From the NCBI GenBank assembly GCA_008632985.1, contig QPGO01000306.1, positions 1 to 63,969 of the forward strand: DNA of 63,969 bases, read 5' to 3'. The first letter of the stretch is position 1, and each line of letters begins with the position of its first letter. The translations under genes were made by a program, and so were the position numbers. The DNA is from Psammoneis japonica (lineage: Eukaryota). Shown here in pieces: positions 44,700 through 57,550 of this stretch. A model generated the notes under the pieces. It worked only from the letters and a program-made list of their open reading frames with translations. It made no database searches and was not told the DNA's origin.

Positions 44700-47600
44700 G
44701 TTTATCCCAACATTACGCAAAGCCACCTCTGCACAGAAGAAAGTGGATGTCAGACCCTCTTTGAGTACAATGCCAAAGTTGTTTCTCCTGTTTTCCAACC
44801 AAGGACTCACATCAAAAAGTGGCTCAGCTCCTCTGGGATTGATGGCACACAGGTTTCTCAGAGAAGGCACCTCGTTTGTGGGAACAATGCCCACCTGCAT
44901 TGGTTGGGTCTGCAAATGGGACATTTCAGGGGAACCTTGAGTTTGGCTCTGCAGGAGTAAATTCCAAGGGAACCACACACCATGCCATCTTGTCCCCAGT
45001 CTAGCCACAGTTGCCCTGAGCCAAATCCAGTGGCAAAATTTCAATTGTTCTAACATGGCAGGGACACTCTTGAGGAGTCAGCCTGGCACTTCTCTCATTG
45101 GCATTGTGCTGGGATCTTGAGCATGGAGTGTTGAACCAGCAAGTCAAAGTCGCCAACAAAAGGGAATCCGACAAGATTTCTATGCCACTTGTTGCACTTG
45201 CCTTGGCAGTCTCCAGCAGTTGTGGGACACCTTGGTGCATCTGCACAAACTCTGCAACTGCTGCAACAACAGGCATCTCTTGATGCTGACTGACAATCAT
45301 GCAAACCAAATGATTCACTCAAAACAGTGAGAACAAAACACATGCAAGGGATTGATGGCAGTGCTCATTTCTTCACAGAAGGTTGCATCAGCCAACCACA
45401 TCAGGGTCCATGCATCTTTCTTGTTGGTGCATCTGGGTCACACAACTTGACACCTCTGAGTCTCACAACTTCACATTCCTGACACACTCCTGCTGCTTGC
45501 ATTGATGTCTCTTAAAACACAGTCTGACAATGCTTCTTGGGCTTGGACCCATTTCCATTTGAGACACAAAGCACGCTCTGTCCCAACACAAGCCATCAAG
45601 TTCATTGTTGGCACCCTCCAGGTCACAGCGTCAAAAAAGGTTTGCATGCCCCATCCAAAAAGTCAATCAAATCATTGAAAGCATTGGCAATTTTTCATTG
45701 TGCACTCTCTCCACAAAATGCCATGCAAAGGCACATCTCTTGTCTTCTCAATGCTGACACTGAAGTCCATGGACCAACCAATTGATCCACAACCCATCTG
45801 CCAATTGTCTTTGGGGTCAATTTGAGGACCTCCACATTCTTGTGAGTCCACTCTGTCTCTTGGGACTGGCTCAAACAATCTTGCAATTGAAGAAAAAAAA
45901 TGAAACACACCGTGAGCAACTCCTCTCTCTTCTCAATCTTGAGCAAGCTCAAAATGGCTCATTTTGTCATCAGGATTTGTGGGGGACCACAAACCCAATT
46001 GGCGCTGGTGCCACAGGTGGGACAGCTGACTGTCAATTTCTCCATCAATGGGTGGTTGACATCACCTCTGTCCAGGGCAAACTGCAACCCACCATTCCCA
46101 AAGCCTGCAATGCACTCTTCTTTGACAATTCATTGCTCTCATCATGCTTTGCAGTGCTGCTGCAACATGTGCTGCCTTGACACAATCCCTTGCATCCCAC
46201 TGCCTTTGCCAGCATTCTCCTTGGTCTTGTGATCTCTTGCATGGTGCACATCATCCACATCCCAGTGCATGTTGACATCACATTGTGAGGTGTGAAGCAA
46301 ACATTGGCACAGCAGTGGACATGCATTCATGTGCCTGTGGCTCCCAGGTGCTTGCAAAGTCTTCATGTGGGTCCTCCACTTGGCGGTGTCTTTTCTTCCA
46401 CACACAATTCCCACAGCCACTGAAAACAGTCAAGGCAAGTGCAGCAAGTGGTGAAGGAGACCATGTTGGGCTCTCTTTTAGTGACATTGACTTGCCAGCA
46501 ACATTTGCTCCAAAAAGTGAGAACAAAACACATGCAGGGGATCAATGATGGCACTGATCTCTTCACTGAAGGACACACCAGACAGCCACGTGAGGATCCA
46601 CACATCTTGCAGTTGTGAGGTTGGAAGTCTTGAGAGCAAATTTCACAAAGCAAAGTGCAAATTTAAAGAAGACTCAGCATTTGCAATCTGGCAGCAACAA
46701 ATCTCTGACAAGAGCACTCCCCAAGAAATCACTGCACAGCCAAGCAAAGCTGTGAACAGCGCGCTCGCATTCTCAGCTGACAACAACTGGAAAACAAAAA
46801 CAGCCACATCCAAGACATGATTGACAAGGGTGCCCCCCGCTGCTGCCCATGATTGACACAGCAATTGTGCCAGAATGAACACATGTGATGGGGGGGGGGG
46901 GGGCACATTGTTTGGGTCAAAGTCAAAAACAAGGTGTGGTGAGCTCATCAAAGCTTTGTGCGTGAAGCTGGGACATGAAAACCCCCAAGCAAAGACCTCC
47001 AGCCACTTTGTTGCTGGGGTTTGGGGGGGGGGGGGGGTGAGGTTGCATTGAAACTGTGAAGATGCAGTTGGCTTGATCAGAGAGGTCAGAAAAAGAGCTT
47101 GCTTGGGTCATCTGTTGGAGCATCTGGCTCGGGGGACACAACATGTGGCTGACCCAGAAATGAAGTTGTGTCTTTTAAACCATGACGTGGCATGTTGATG
47201 ACTGTTCTTTGGAGAACATCCTCAGTCATTGAACTTGATCGTGATCTCACCAACTTTTTGGAGTGAATCATCTGGTTTGACAACAACAACAAGTGGCACC
47301 TGGTGATGCCCAACAATCCATCAGTTTGCATTCTGTGCATGATGTCAAGGCAAACCACAGCCAACACAGCAACCAGGGCAAGTTTGGCAAGTGGCACAGG
47401 AAGCCCAATGGGGAGGATTTCCTTTTGGTGACTCAGACTTGCCGGTTCAACATTCACTCCAAAGAGTCATTGGCACTTGTTGAGTGTGCACTGACTTGGC
47501 AAAAGTCCACAAGATCATTCATGAGTGTGGCAGAGCATGCAGAAAACAAGCAAAGATTTGTGACCTTCACAAGGATGATGGTGGAAGGGACAACAGAAGC

Positions 47601-50600
47601 CATGCCAAGAACAAGAAGTCTTTCCAATGTGAAATGAAGTTTTGTCCTTCTACACTGGACTGCAATGTGCACAAAGAAGGTCTGCAGATGTGTGCAGAAG
47701 GAATTCAAACAAGGCAAATGTGCTGCAAGATCACTGGAGGACATGAAGCACCTTGACTTTGAGGCCAAGCAAGAAACCAAAATTGAAGCTGTCAACAACC
47801 ACACCTGAGGAGAATGCAGACACTCACATGAGAGAGACCTGAAGAAAAAGGAGTGCAAGGACAAACAGATGGAACACAAATTCCATGCCAAGCACAATGA
47901 ATGCTGCTCAAAACTGAAGCAGTTCAATGAAAACAAATCAAGGCATTTGCTTTGATCATGGATGATTGCTGCACAAACCACATGAGGAACAGGGTCATGA
48001 GTGACCCAAGCTGCAACAAAATCAGGGACAATCCAATTGAGTTGCCAAACTCATCCATTCCTGATGTTCCATTCAATTCAAGGTTGACACCCATTCCATG
48101 CATTGACCAAGTTCCTGAAGAACACACCACAGGTCGTGAGGCAACAATGAAATGAGTCATCATGGATCGGAACAAGACTCCACAACAAGAGATGGCCTGG
48201 GTGGTGAGATGCCAAATGGGTTTGTTGAGAACACCAAGGAGCACAAGAAGGAAAGCAACAGCACCAAGCAAACTGAGCTGAAGAAGACACTGTTTGATGC
48301 CTGAATGATGCACCTGTTTGTCAAGCACAGTGACAACCATTGCCACAAGACTCTGAAGAAGAGCTTCATGAGAGACTGCAGTCTGTGAAATGACATGCAC
48401 CCCAAGGACTTAGACAGGGCAATGGATGTCTTTTTCAACCATGAACAAGATGACAAACAGCAGAGAAGCAACTCAAAGAACCATGACCGTCACAACAAAA
48501 GCAGGAAGGAAAAGAATGACAGCAAGAACAAGTGCCAGAGTTGTGCAGAGAAGGCCAAGAACAAAAGCAGAACAACACGCCACTGTTGCAGCAAAGAGGA
48601 TCAAAAATCCCGGAGTGCACCACAAAGACAAGATGGCTGCCAAAGATTGAGGCGCAATGAGACCAGAAGAAAGCCAGATGCACAGGGACAGAGTTGTGCA
48701 CAAACAAGAGATGGCAATGGAGACCACTCTTTGGCAGACAGTGACATGAGCATCAACGCTGCCAGATTGACAAGATCCACCCATTCAACCCAAAGCAAGG
48801 GATGCTTGGCACTGGTTGCAGCTGGTCAGCAAACTGCAAGAGACAAGCATGAGCAAGTCAAGTGTGGGTGTTGAGACTGATGAGATCATTTTAGACAACA
48901 GATCTGCCCTCAGCATGGCAGCAAGCTGGAGACCAGTGCATGATGCATGACCAGCAAAGACCAAGATTGACCCACCCACAAATGCAGGAGTGTGCACCCT
49001 GGACAAGGATTGCGCCATGCCAGGATGGGGTGACATGGAGTTGGGATCAAAGGGCATGATGGCAAATGTTCCAAGCCTGAAGGATGTGAAGGCCAAGCAC
49101 TGCTTGACATGCAAAGACTGAGTGGCATAAAAGTTTTGACTGCTGAACAAGAAGACTGGCAAACAAGTCACAGTTTTTCAGGCAAACAACATCAAACTGC
49201 ACACATTTGCAGTTTTTTGACCATGCCAAGGGCCTGCAAAGAGCAGAGTCACAAGCAAACATGAACCTGGTCAAGAAGAAAACAAAGAAAAGCAACAAGA
49301 AGCACAGGAGTGCACTGGAGGCCATTGTCCCAACCATGAAGCACAACACCACAGGCTGCTCCAAGAGGAAGGTGGCAAACATTGAGTTGGCACTGCAGCT
49401 GTGCTGCAAGGCCAGTGCACCCAGTGCCAGAGATTTAAATGATTCCTTCATTCCAATCAGGTGAAGAACCTGTTCATTGTGCCAGAGGACATGGACAGGA
49501 TGGTGGACATTTGGGAGCTGCCTGTTGCTGCACTGAAAGGCAAGACCAAACAAGCACACCATCCCCAAGTGAAAACTGATGTGACAGTGACACCACCCAA
49601 GATGTGTGACAAACAAAGAGAAGGCATGATGCTGTGCATCTGCATCATGGAAGCATGTGGCACCAAACTGCTGCTCACTGTCAACAAGATGATCAAGTGT
49701 TGTTGATCAAGTGTGTGGCTAAAATCCAAGGAGCGGGCAGACCTGTGTGAGTTGCCAGACATGGTGCTGTGACAACACAACAAAGCAATGTTCAACACAA
49801 ATTTTGTCAAATGCAACCCCAAGTTCAAGGTCATGCTTGCTGAAATGGCCAGCAGGACAACCCTCAAGCTGTTGCCAGTGAGTGCAAGCAACCATGTGCC
49901 CAAGGTTGAGTGCAGCATCAAAGCTGTTAAAGAAAGGACCCCAGCTGCTGTGCACCACCCACCTCCAAGGCCATGCCCAAGCATGTGTGCAAACATGCAG
50001 TCACAAAAACCACCATGGAAAACATGCATCTGCAGAAAGAGGGCATTTCAAACACCTGCAGCCCACACACCATCATGCAATGCCAAGTTCTTAACTGCAA
50101 CAAACATTTTGAATTTTCCTTTGGGGAATTTGTTCTCTGTCTCATTTTGAGAACAACCCCACCAACACCATGGAGACATGGGGCATTGACAGCATGTGTG
50201 TCTGTGCCAACATTTGACTCTCCAAAAAGGACATTGCACCATGAACCTGCACATGGGGAAACTTCTCAACCCCTGCAAATGCTCCCTCCTCCATGCCCTC
50301 AACTGACACATGTCAGAGCAGTCAAACAGATGGCACAGGCCCAGGGTGCCAAAGACTTTAAATTTGTGGGCAAAGGCAGAGACAATGTTTGCAATGCTGG
50401 CAGGACTGCAGGAGTGGAACAAGATGACAATGACAAAAACAAAAAATGAAGACCAAGAAAGTGAAGACAGCACTGACAAAGAATGCAATGAGATGGACTC
50501 AGATGAAGAATCCAAAGAAGCCAACAACACACATCCTGGCTGGTGAAAGGTCCAGTCCCAACCAGCATGACAAGGACACAGAATCAGAAGATGACAGCTG

Positions 50601-53010
50601 CAGCCACCACAAAGAGGATGACCATGAGGACATTGATGATGCAAAAGATGACAACAAATCTCACAAAGACACCAAAGGAGCTGAAGATGGAACAGAGGAA
50701 AAAGCCAGAGCTGCAACCCACACAACCACAAGGTCTGGAAAAGTCCTTTGCACAAAGGCACAAGAAGCATGAAAAAATGGTCCTGTTCACAGGGGTGACC
50801 CAAACTGATGAAGAGCAGGAAGAGATCACAAAGCTGGGTTGCTGTGCCTCCATCTGCAACCAAATGTGAGTCCAAATCCAGAGAACACCTTTGGGTGCAA
50901 TTCCAAATCAGCAATGGCATCAGTGCAGTTTGTGTGTAAGACAAATGACAGAGTTTCCAAGCTGCCGGAAAGGGTGTTTTGTTTGCCCAACAGCACCCAC
51001 TGCATGAATGCCTGAAAGCGCTCAAAAACAGAAGGGGCATGATGCCTTCAAGAAGGAGACAGAGAACAACTCCACAATGGGGTGTGTGCTTTGCACCAAC
51101 ATCTGTCAAAGAAATTGCTCCAAGTGAAAGGGTCAAGGCCACATGTGCCTTGATGTTCCTTGCAGAGAAACAAGACAGTCAGACTCAAAGGATGAGTGGT
51201 GTGCAATCTACAATGGGACACCAACCATGGAGCAGCTGGACAAAGATGAGTCAGCCAGTCCAGTGGTGTCATTGGAAGGAGTGTTCATGACTGCAATTGT
51301 TGACACCAAGAAAGGGCGCAACATCATGAGCACCAACATGCCCAACTCATTCATCCAAACTCAGGCTCCAGAAGTCAAAGACAGAAAGGATGGGATCGTG
51401 ATGAAGATCACAAAAGTGCCAGCTGATGTGCTTGTCAGCATTGATCTTGACCTTTGTGGACTGCACATGGTCCTGGAAAAGGGCAAGAGACAACTTTGCA
51501 TGCAAGTCCACAAGAATCCAGAAAAGATTGGGTTTGTGCTCAACCCATGTGACCCATGTGTTGCCAATTGCACTGTCAATGGGAAACAGCACGCGGCAAG
51601 ATTCCATGTGGACAATCTGTTGTTGAGCCACCGGAGCCCAAAGTTGAACAACAAATTTTTAGGTTGGTGGTTCAAGGAAGCCCTGCTTGCATGACATGTC
51701 ATGGACTGGTCTCTAGAGATCAATGAACATGTGTTTGATGCAACACTGATTGCAGCTTTGAGGATCTCAAAGAGAAGATGTCAACAAAAAGACAAGGACC
51801 ATGCACTGAGCTGTGGAGCACTGGCAGATTGCAGGCAGTCACACCAACAGACAAGGGCTCAGACTCCACCCAAGTTGGAGATTTGTGGATGACAAAAGCG
51901 CAGCACTCAACAGTGCAACAGTGGCAGGCTCAAGCCTGTGACATGGACACGCAAGGGAGTTGTGGTCCCTTGATGAAGAGAATCACAAGAGAAGCCGGTG
52001 AAACCCAAGACCAACACAGACTGGTTGGGAACAAAACTGGAACAATTTTTGATGCCAAAAAATTGGCGGCATTTGTCCATCATTGTGACATCAAGGTTGG
52101 AACGCAGGCTGCATGATGTGCTGTGCACATGTCGCAAAATGGAGTTCCCAGAGCTGCTCCGAGAGAGAACTGGCAATTGGATCAGCAGCTGCTCCCTGAT
52201 CCACTGGTTGACATCATCAAAGAAAGCATCCGTTGTGCCTGCATTGGGCATTTTGTGGAAGCCACAAAGGGCTGCACAAAAGACATGGCCACTTTCTCAG
52301 ATGAAGGACGTTGTGCCGCCAATCTGCACCATGGCAGCCAAGATGTCAAGTGTGTTGTTGGGAGGAGTGGCACCCCAGAAGATGAGACTGTCAAGTTTCT
52401 CATCCTAAATCCCTGGAACATTGGCAAGAGTGGCAGGGTGTGGAGTCTTTGGCCCGGAAATGCAGCTGCTGCATCTTTTGAACCCTGGCATGGCGCATGT
52501 TGACAGCATTGATGGCTGCTCTTTGGAGAGCATTTTCCATCATTGATTGTGATCTTGCTGACTTTTTGCGCTCACTGTTTGGAGCAAATCATCTGGTTTG
52601 ATCATGACAACAAGTGGCGCTTGCAAACATCCAACAATCTGTCAGCACACGGTTTGCATGCACGACATTGTTGGGGCAAGCCGCGGCCAACACAGCAACC
52701 AGGGCAAGTGCAGCGAGTGGCACAGGAAGCCCAGCAGGTGCCCCTTTTGGCTACATTGATTTGCTGGTTCAACATCATCAGGAGCATTGGAGCTTTCCAA
52801 GGAACAGCTGCTCAGTTTTTTTGGGATGCTTTGCTTTGTTGCTCGCAGAAAACAACCCCAGAAAGTGCTTTTGCAGAAGCAGGTGCGAGCTGTTTGTGGC
52901 TCCCTCATGCTTGTGGCACACAGTTCCTTCATGAGCACACCTCAAAAGCATCCCAGCACTTGTCTGCACATCTTCCATGGGTGTTGCACAGCATCTGTTC
53001 ACTCACTTCA
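44700..53010. other. Large decayed TpA/CpG-depleted repeat block
   Basis: Near absence of TA and CG, dense spurious ORFs, internal dispersed repeats; contains a Copia. Confidence 0.7.
47470..51694 (+). mobile_element. Degenerate Ty1/Copia (CoDi-like) internal region
   Basis: Protease IILDNRSALS, ANVPSL; RT ALMFLAEK, SPVVSLEGVFMTAIVD, PNSFIQT, NPCDPCVAN, FHVDNL. Ends approximate. Confidence 0.8.
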
Positions 53011-53395
53011 TGAGACACAGCGCGAGAGACAGTGACCCGCACAATTTGCTGCGGTTCCGACAGTGAGATTCGATGATGCAACAGCGAGACGCAGCCACGT
53101 CGTTTCTTCCGCGCCGATTGGCTGCAACATCATTGATGAAACGAAAGCGTTTCCCGCCTTGCGAACTCCGTGTCAATTCTCGCTGGATGGAAGAAGCCTT
53201 TGGCATCTGTTTCTACGAGCACTTCAATGACAGTTCTGTAGGATACCGTAGAATTTGTACTGTCCACGTCATTACTGGTCACGGATGAGCTGATGTCACC
53301 ACTTCTGGCATAAGTCGAAGAACACGGCCACGTCAGCGGCGCTTTTCAGAAATTCCCTCCAACGTTTTCAAAATTTTCGTTGCTCCTGCTCCACC

Positions 53396-54596
53396 ATGAA
53401 GATGACCAACACTTGTAAACTCCTCGCCGCGCTCGGCGTCTTTCACTATGCCGTGTGGGGTACTGCCGCATTCGTATCTCAAGTACCAAAGGTAGGAATG
53501 CCAGCTCTTGGTTATCGCTCGAGACGTGGACGTGGACGTCGATACGAATACGATACGGACTACGAGTTGGAGGAACGGGAAAGAGTTCTAGAGGAGAGGG
53601 AAAGGGATTTGGAGGAACGGGAAATGGAAATGGTAAGCAGTTTCAGACTCTAAACTCTTTGTCTGTATTCCCTATTAGTTCTCACAGAGGACTCACCTGC
53701 GTGATGTTTTTGTGACACAGAGAGACAGAGACATTGAAAGAGAGATCGACATGGATCGCTTTGATCGTAGAGGAGGAGATATTGTATATGATGGGCCCCG
53801 TCGTGGGCGTAGTACTGTTGGACGTGACCTTGGCTTTTCTTCTGGCAGAGGGCCCTATGCACGTCAAGGCAAGGATCTAAGAGGTCCACGTCGTGAAGTA
53901 GTTCAAGGAGGGTCGCTCAAGACGTGGTCATTTGATACCGACGTTGTTGATAGCGTGCGAGTTCTGCTCGAGTCTGAGGGTCGCCCGTTGGATGCAGACA
54001 TCGAATTGTGGCAGGGCCCCGACAACACTCCTCATAAAATGAGGATCTACTCCGAAGATGGATTTATGCGCCCCTTCTGTGCCGTGCTTGACACCCCAGG
54101 CAGCCCCAACACCATCACGGTTCGCAACAACGGCATGTTGGAGTTCCCCCTCGATGCATACGTAACGGAAGACTCCATCGCGACCGGATCTGTTGGCGGC
54201 GAAACGGCTGCTATAGCTTACGACATGGTTTCGTACCCAGAGACAATTCAAGGAGGCGCTCTCCGTACATTCGACTTTGACTCCACCGTCGACAGTGTTC
54301 AAGTCTTGTTGGAGAGCGACGGCCGTCCTTTGAATGCGAGAATCGAGTTACTCCAGGGGCCCAACAACAAAAAGCAAGTCGTCGAGTTGTACACGGACGA
54401 TGGAAACTACCGTCCGTTCTACATGATTGTCGAAACACCAGGAAGTGGAAACGTAGTTAGAATTGTAAACTCCGCCACCATGGAATTTCCCTTGTACGCA
54501 AGGGTAGAGCCGTACTCATTCACCGAGTATGAATACGGAACCGGTCGTGGACGCCGTGGCCGTGTTGGTCCATACAGCAGACGAAATGGGTACTAA
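53396..54596 (+). CDS. Diatom-type protein with a duplicated QGG..GRPL..IELxQGP domain; intron 53633-53720
   Basis: Signal peptide plus AAF, phase-0 GT..AG intron, two repeats VQGGSLKTW/IQGGALRTF. Confidence 0.85.
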
Positions 54597-54965
54597 GTTA
54601 CCACAAGGGGCAAAATCGACCAAACAAGATTTTGAAAGGGGTATCGATGCCTTACGCATCTGGCCAGCATTGCCGGACTGCACCAGGCAGCTAGGAATTC
54701 CTAGTTTATAAAAACTTGCAGTCTGTGGGATATTACACATTTCACGATAAAATTAAAATATAATGAGATGCTTGGTTTTCGATACTGCTTTAGGATTCAG
54801 TTGTCTGCTGTGAATTTCTTCTTGTCCCTCGGATTCTCTACGCCATGAAGTCTTCTACAAACGTTACTCCGAATGGTGCTACCGGTACTATTTAGGTCGA
54901 GTATAACCTGAGAACAACAACTTCTTTGAAACTATCACTATACCGGTACCTCGCAAGAGAGAAAA

Positions 54966-55831
54966 CTATATTACAGAGTCCGCCATTCGAGTGTCTCCGA
55001 TGGCATTCTGAACGTGATTTGAAACCATTTCCGGCGTCCCGCTTCCATCGATTTCATGAAAGACATTCTTCTCCTCGTAGAATCTTTTGACGGCGGAGAC
55101 GTTTTCTCGGAATTGCTTTAGTCTAGAAGAAATCTTTTCGACTGTATCATCATCGCGTTGAAACAGCCTCTGTCTAATGTCTTCAGTCGGAGGAGGTGAG
55201 AAAGTCATGTGGTAGATCTTTCCGGAGACCGGATCAATTCTACGTCCAACTACACGTTCAATCATGGTTTTGTCAGGCACATTTAGGAACAGAAACGTAT
55301 CCACCTGTATGCCATCTCCTCCATGGCCTCCGCCTGCGCAAGCGTCCTTGGAAACCCATCTAGTAGCCAGCCTCGCTCTTGGCAGTCCGGCTTCTGGATC
55401 CTTTCCATAACAATCCGAATAATGATCTCGTCCGGAACGAGCTTGCCAGCATTCATGTATTGATTGGCAATCTTTATTGTAGGATGATGTGGTTGTGTCT
55501 TGACAGCTTCTCGCAGCATGTCGCCAGTGGACAAATGAACTAGATTGTACTTGGAAGCAATCATGTTTGATTGAGTGCCCTTTCCGCTGGCTGGGCCTCC
55601 CATAATAACGATCTTTTTAGGGCTCTTATCAGACGGTGGAGGTGCATAGTTCTTCACGATCTTGATTTCAATCTCTGGCTCCATCAAGGATTCGTTAATC
55701 TTGAGCTCACTTTTCCCCGCCACCCAGGGTACCCTCGAGTTCGGGGCAGAACGTGTTTGGGGCGTCGCCATGACCCATTCAGGGCAGAGAAGCAAGGCGC
55801 ATACCGATAAGAATTGAATTCGAGCCATCAC
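54966..55831 (-). CDS. ADK: Adenylate kinase with an apparent 1-bp frameshift near 55310
   Basis: GGPASGKGTQ, STGDMLR, LDGFPRT, then in another frame GRRIDP, QRDDD. N-terminal signal peptide. Confidence 0.85.
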
Positions 55832-56157
55832 TTGGCTTCAAAGCGATCACACAGAGAAGAGAAAAGAAGATTGTGTGATGGATCGCAGTGATGGGAAGTA
55901 GGGCCCTAGTGGAATCCGAAGCTGATGACGTGCGGCGAGTGGCCACCGCATGCAGATCTTTCTCGAAGTCCTGAAATAGTGTAGGACGGTACTGCCGTAG
56001 ATGTCATTATTGAATCTACGCAAATGCCCTGGTACGCACGACTGACGACTGACGTTGTCCGTTCAATCACGCCAGGATTTCCGAGCGAGGCAGGAGCGAG
56101 GCAAGGAGCGAGGAACATACGGTAGACCCTCTAACCACTACTAACGCGTCAGATTGT

Positions 56158-57477
56158 ATGGATAACTCTCTTTACGGCAAGTGGCGAGACGCGAGAACAG
56201 GCGCCTTGCTTATGGTAGTACCAACAGGAAACCTGCTTGTTGATGCTGCCAGGTCATGGAAAGCAACGACGAGATGGTCGTTGAAAACATTATCTCAATT
56301 GGGGAGCAAACCATTGAAATGGAATGCCAAGGTGCTGCTGACGGATGTTGCCTTGCGATTGGCATGCCAACACGATCTATGCACGGAACTCATGCACCAA
56401 GTTAGTTGCTTGACAGACAGCAGCAATCAATCCTCGTCAGCCTCGCCATCGGGTGTGATACGAGCGGTGAACCGACCAGTGCAAATGTCGCTCAAGCAAC
56501 AATTAAGGCATCATCAACTCATGGAGCAAGAGCAGGACAATGCACGTCGACAGCTAAACAATCTACGAGTTCTTCATAATGACACACATCAGCTCGTCCA
56601 AGGCTTGCGAGATCATGAAAGTTTACTGGAACGATTCACATCATCCGACCAACACTTGGTCGCGGCCACTATGGAACAAGTTCGATCTCGACATGCTTCA
56701 ACGGTTGAAACGCTTGCGGATGTTTGTATTGGACTGCGACATGTTGCTCATCAAGGAGGTTCGCATTACAATCTCAAAGGCTTTGATGTCACCGTCGAAA
56801 CCTTTTTGAAGGGTCGTCTTGGTGTACAACTTTTATGCGACCACTATGTTGCATTGAACAAGGGTAAACCAAACGGCGGGATAAGCGTCGATTGTTCACT
56901 CTATGATGTCTTGGACGATGCTGTAACGGAAGCCAAGCACATGTGCGATGCCAATCTAGAATCAGTCCCAGATGTTATAATGCCCGAGTTTGACCACAAA
57001 ATCACGCTGGTGCGGCCCTGGGTGCATCACGCGTTGGTGGAGCTTCTCAAGAACGCAATGAAGTCGTCTGTGGATCGAGCAGAAAGAGATCATTCTAGTC
57101 GCTGCAACCCTTCCCCCATTCATATTCGACCTAGAAAAGACGGCGGATGTCTTTCCGTGGACGTAATCGATCAGGGTTTGGGATTAGACGGAGACAATGG
57201 TGCAATTGATAGAGCTTTTGGTTTTGCGTACTCCTCGGCGATTCAACGATGGGACAGATTAGATGAGCAGCAGTCATATGCGATGGTCCGTTCACCATTA
57301 CAAAGCCTGGGCGTTGGACTGCCGCTGAGCCGTATGATGATGAGACATTTCGGTGGAGACGTAACCTTGAGGAACCGGCCGGAGATTGAAGAAGGACTAT
57401 CTTCAGGTTGCACCGCCGCGGTGAGTCTGAGAATGGATGATACCATCATGGAACAACTTCCTGAGGACAACAACTAA
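56158..57477 (+). CDS. Pyruvate dehydrogenase/BCKD kinase-like protein (GHKL ATPase)
   Basis: ELLKNAMKS (N box), DQGLG (G1), LGVGLPLSR (G2), RLGVQLLCDH. Confidence 0.85.
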   Translation: MDNSLYGKWRDARTGALLMVVPTGNLLVDAARSWKATTRWSLKTLSQLGSKPLKWNAKVLLTDVALRLACQHDLCTELMHQVSCLTDSSNQSSSASPSGVIRAVNRPVQMSLKQQLRHHQLMEQEQDNARRQLNNLRVLHNDTHQLVQGLRDHESLLERFTSSDQHLVAATMEQVRSRHASTVETLADVCIGLRHVAHQGGSHYNLKGFDVTVETFLKGRLGVQLLCDHYVALNKGKPNGGISVDCSLYDVLDDAVTEAKHMCDANLESVPDVIMPEFDHKITLVRPWVHHALVELLKNAMKSSVDRAERDHSSRCNPSPIHIRPRKDGGCLSVDVIDQGLGLDGDNGAIDRAFGFAYSSAIQRWDRLDEQQSYAMVRSPLQSLGVGLPLSRMMMRHFGGDVTLRNRPEIEEGLSSGCTAAVSLRMDDTIMEQLPEDNN

Positions 57478-57550
57478 ACCTACATTTTGTGGACAACTGT
57501 AGAATTCGCCATTGAAACAAGGGTTCACTGTTTCTTATGAACTATGTTGA

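Noticed and set aside
46889..47038. Two poly-G runs as G-quadruplex elements
   Set aside because: They lie in decayed repeat DNA and may be slippage or sequencing artefacts.
39700..53000. Many Cys-rich short ORFs as zinc-finger or toxin genes
   Set aside because: By-products of TG/CA saturation and stop-codon loss; they overlap in all frames without coherent motifs.
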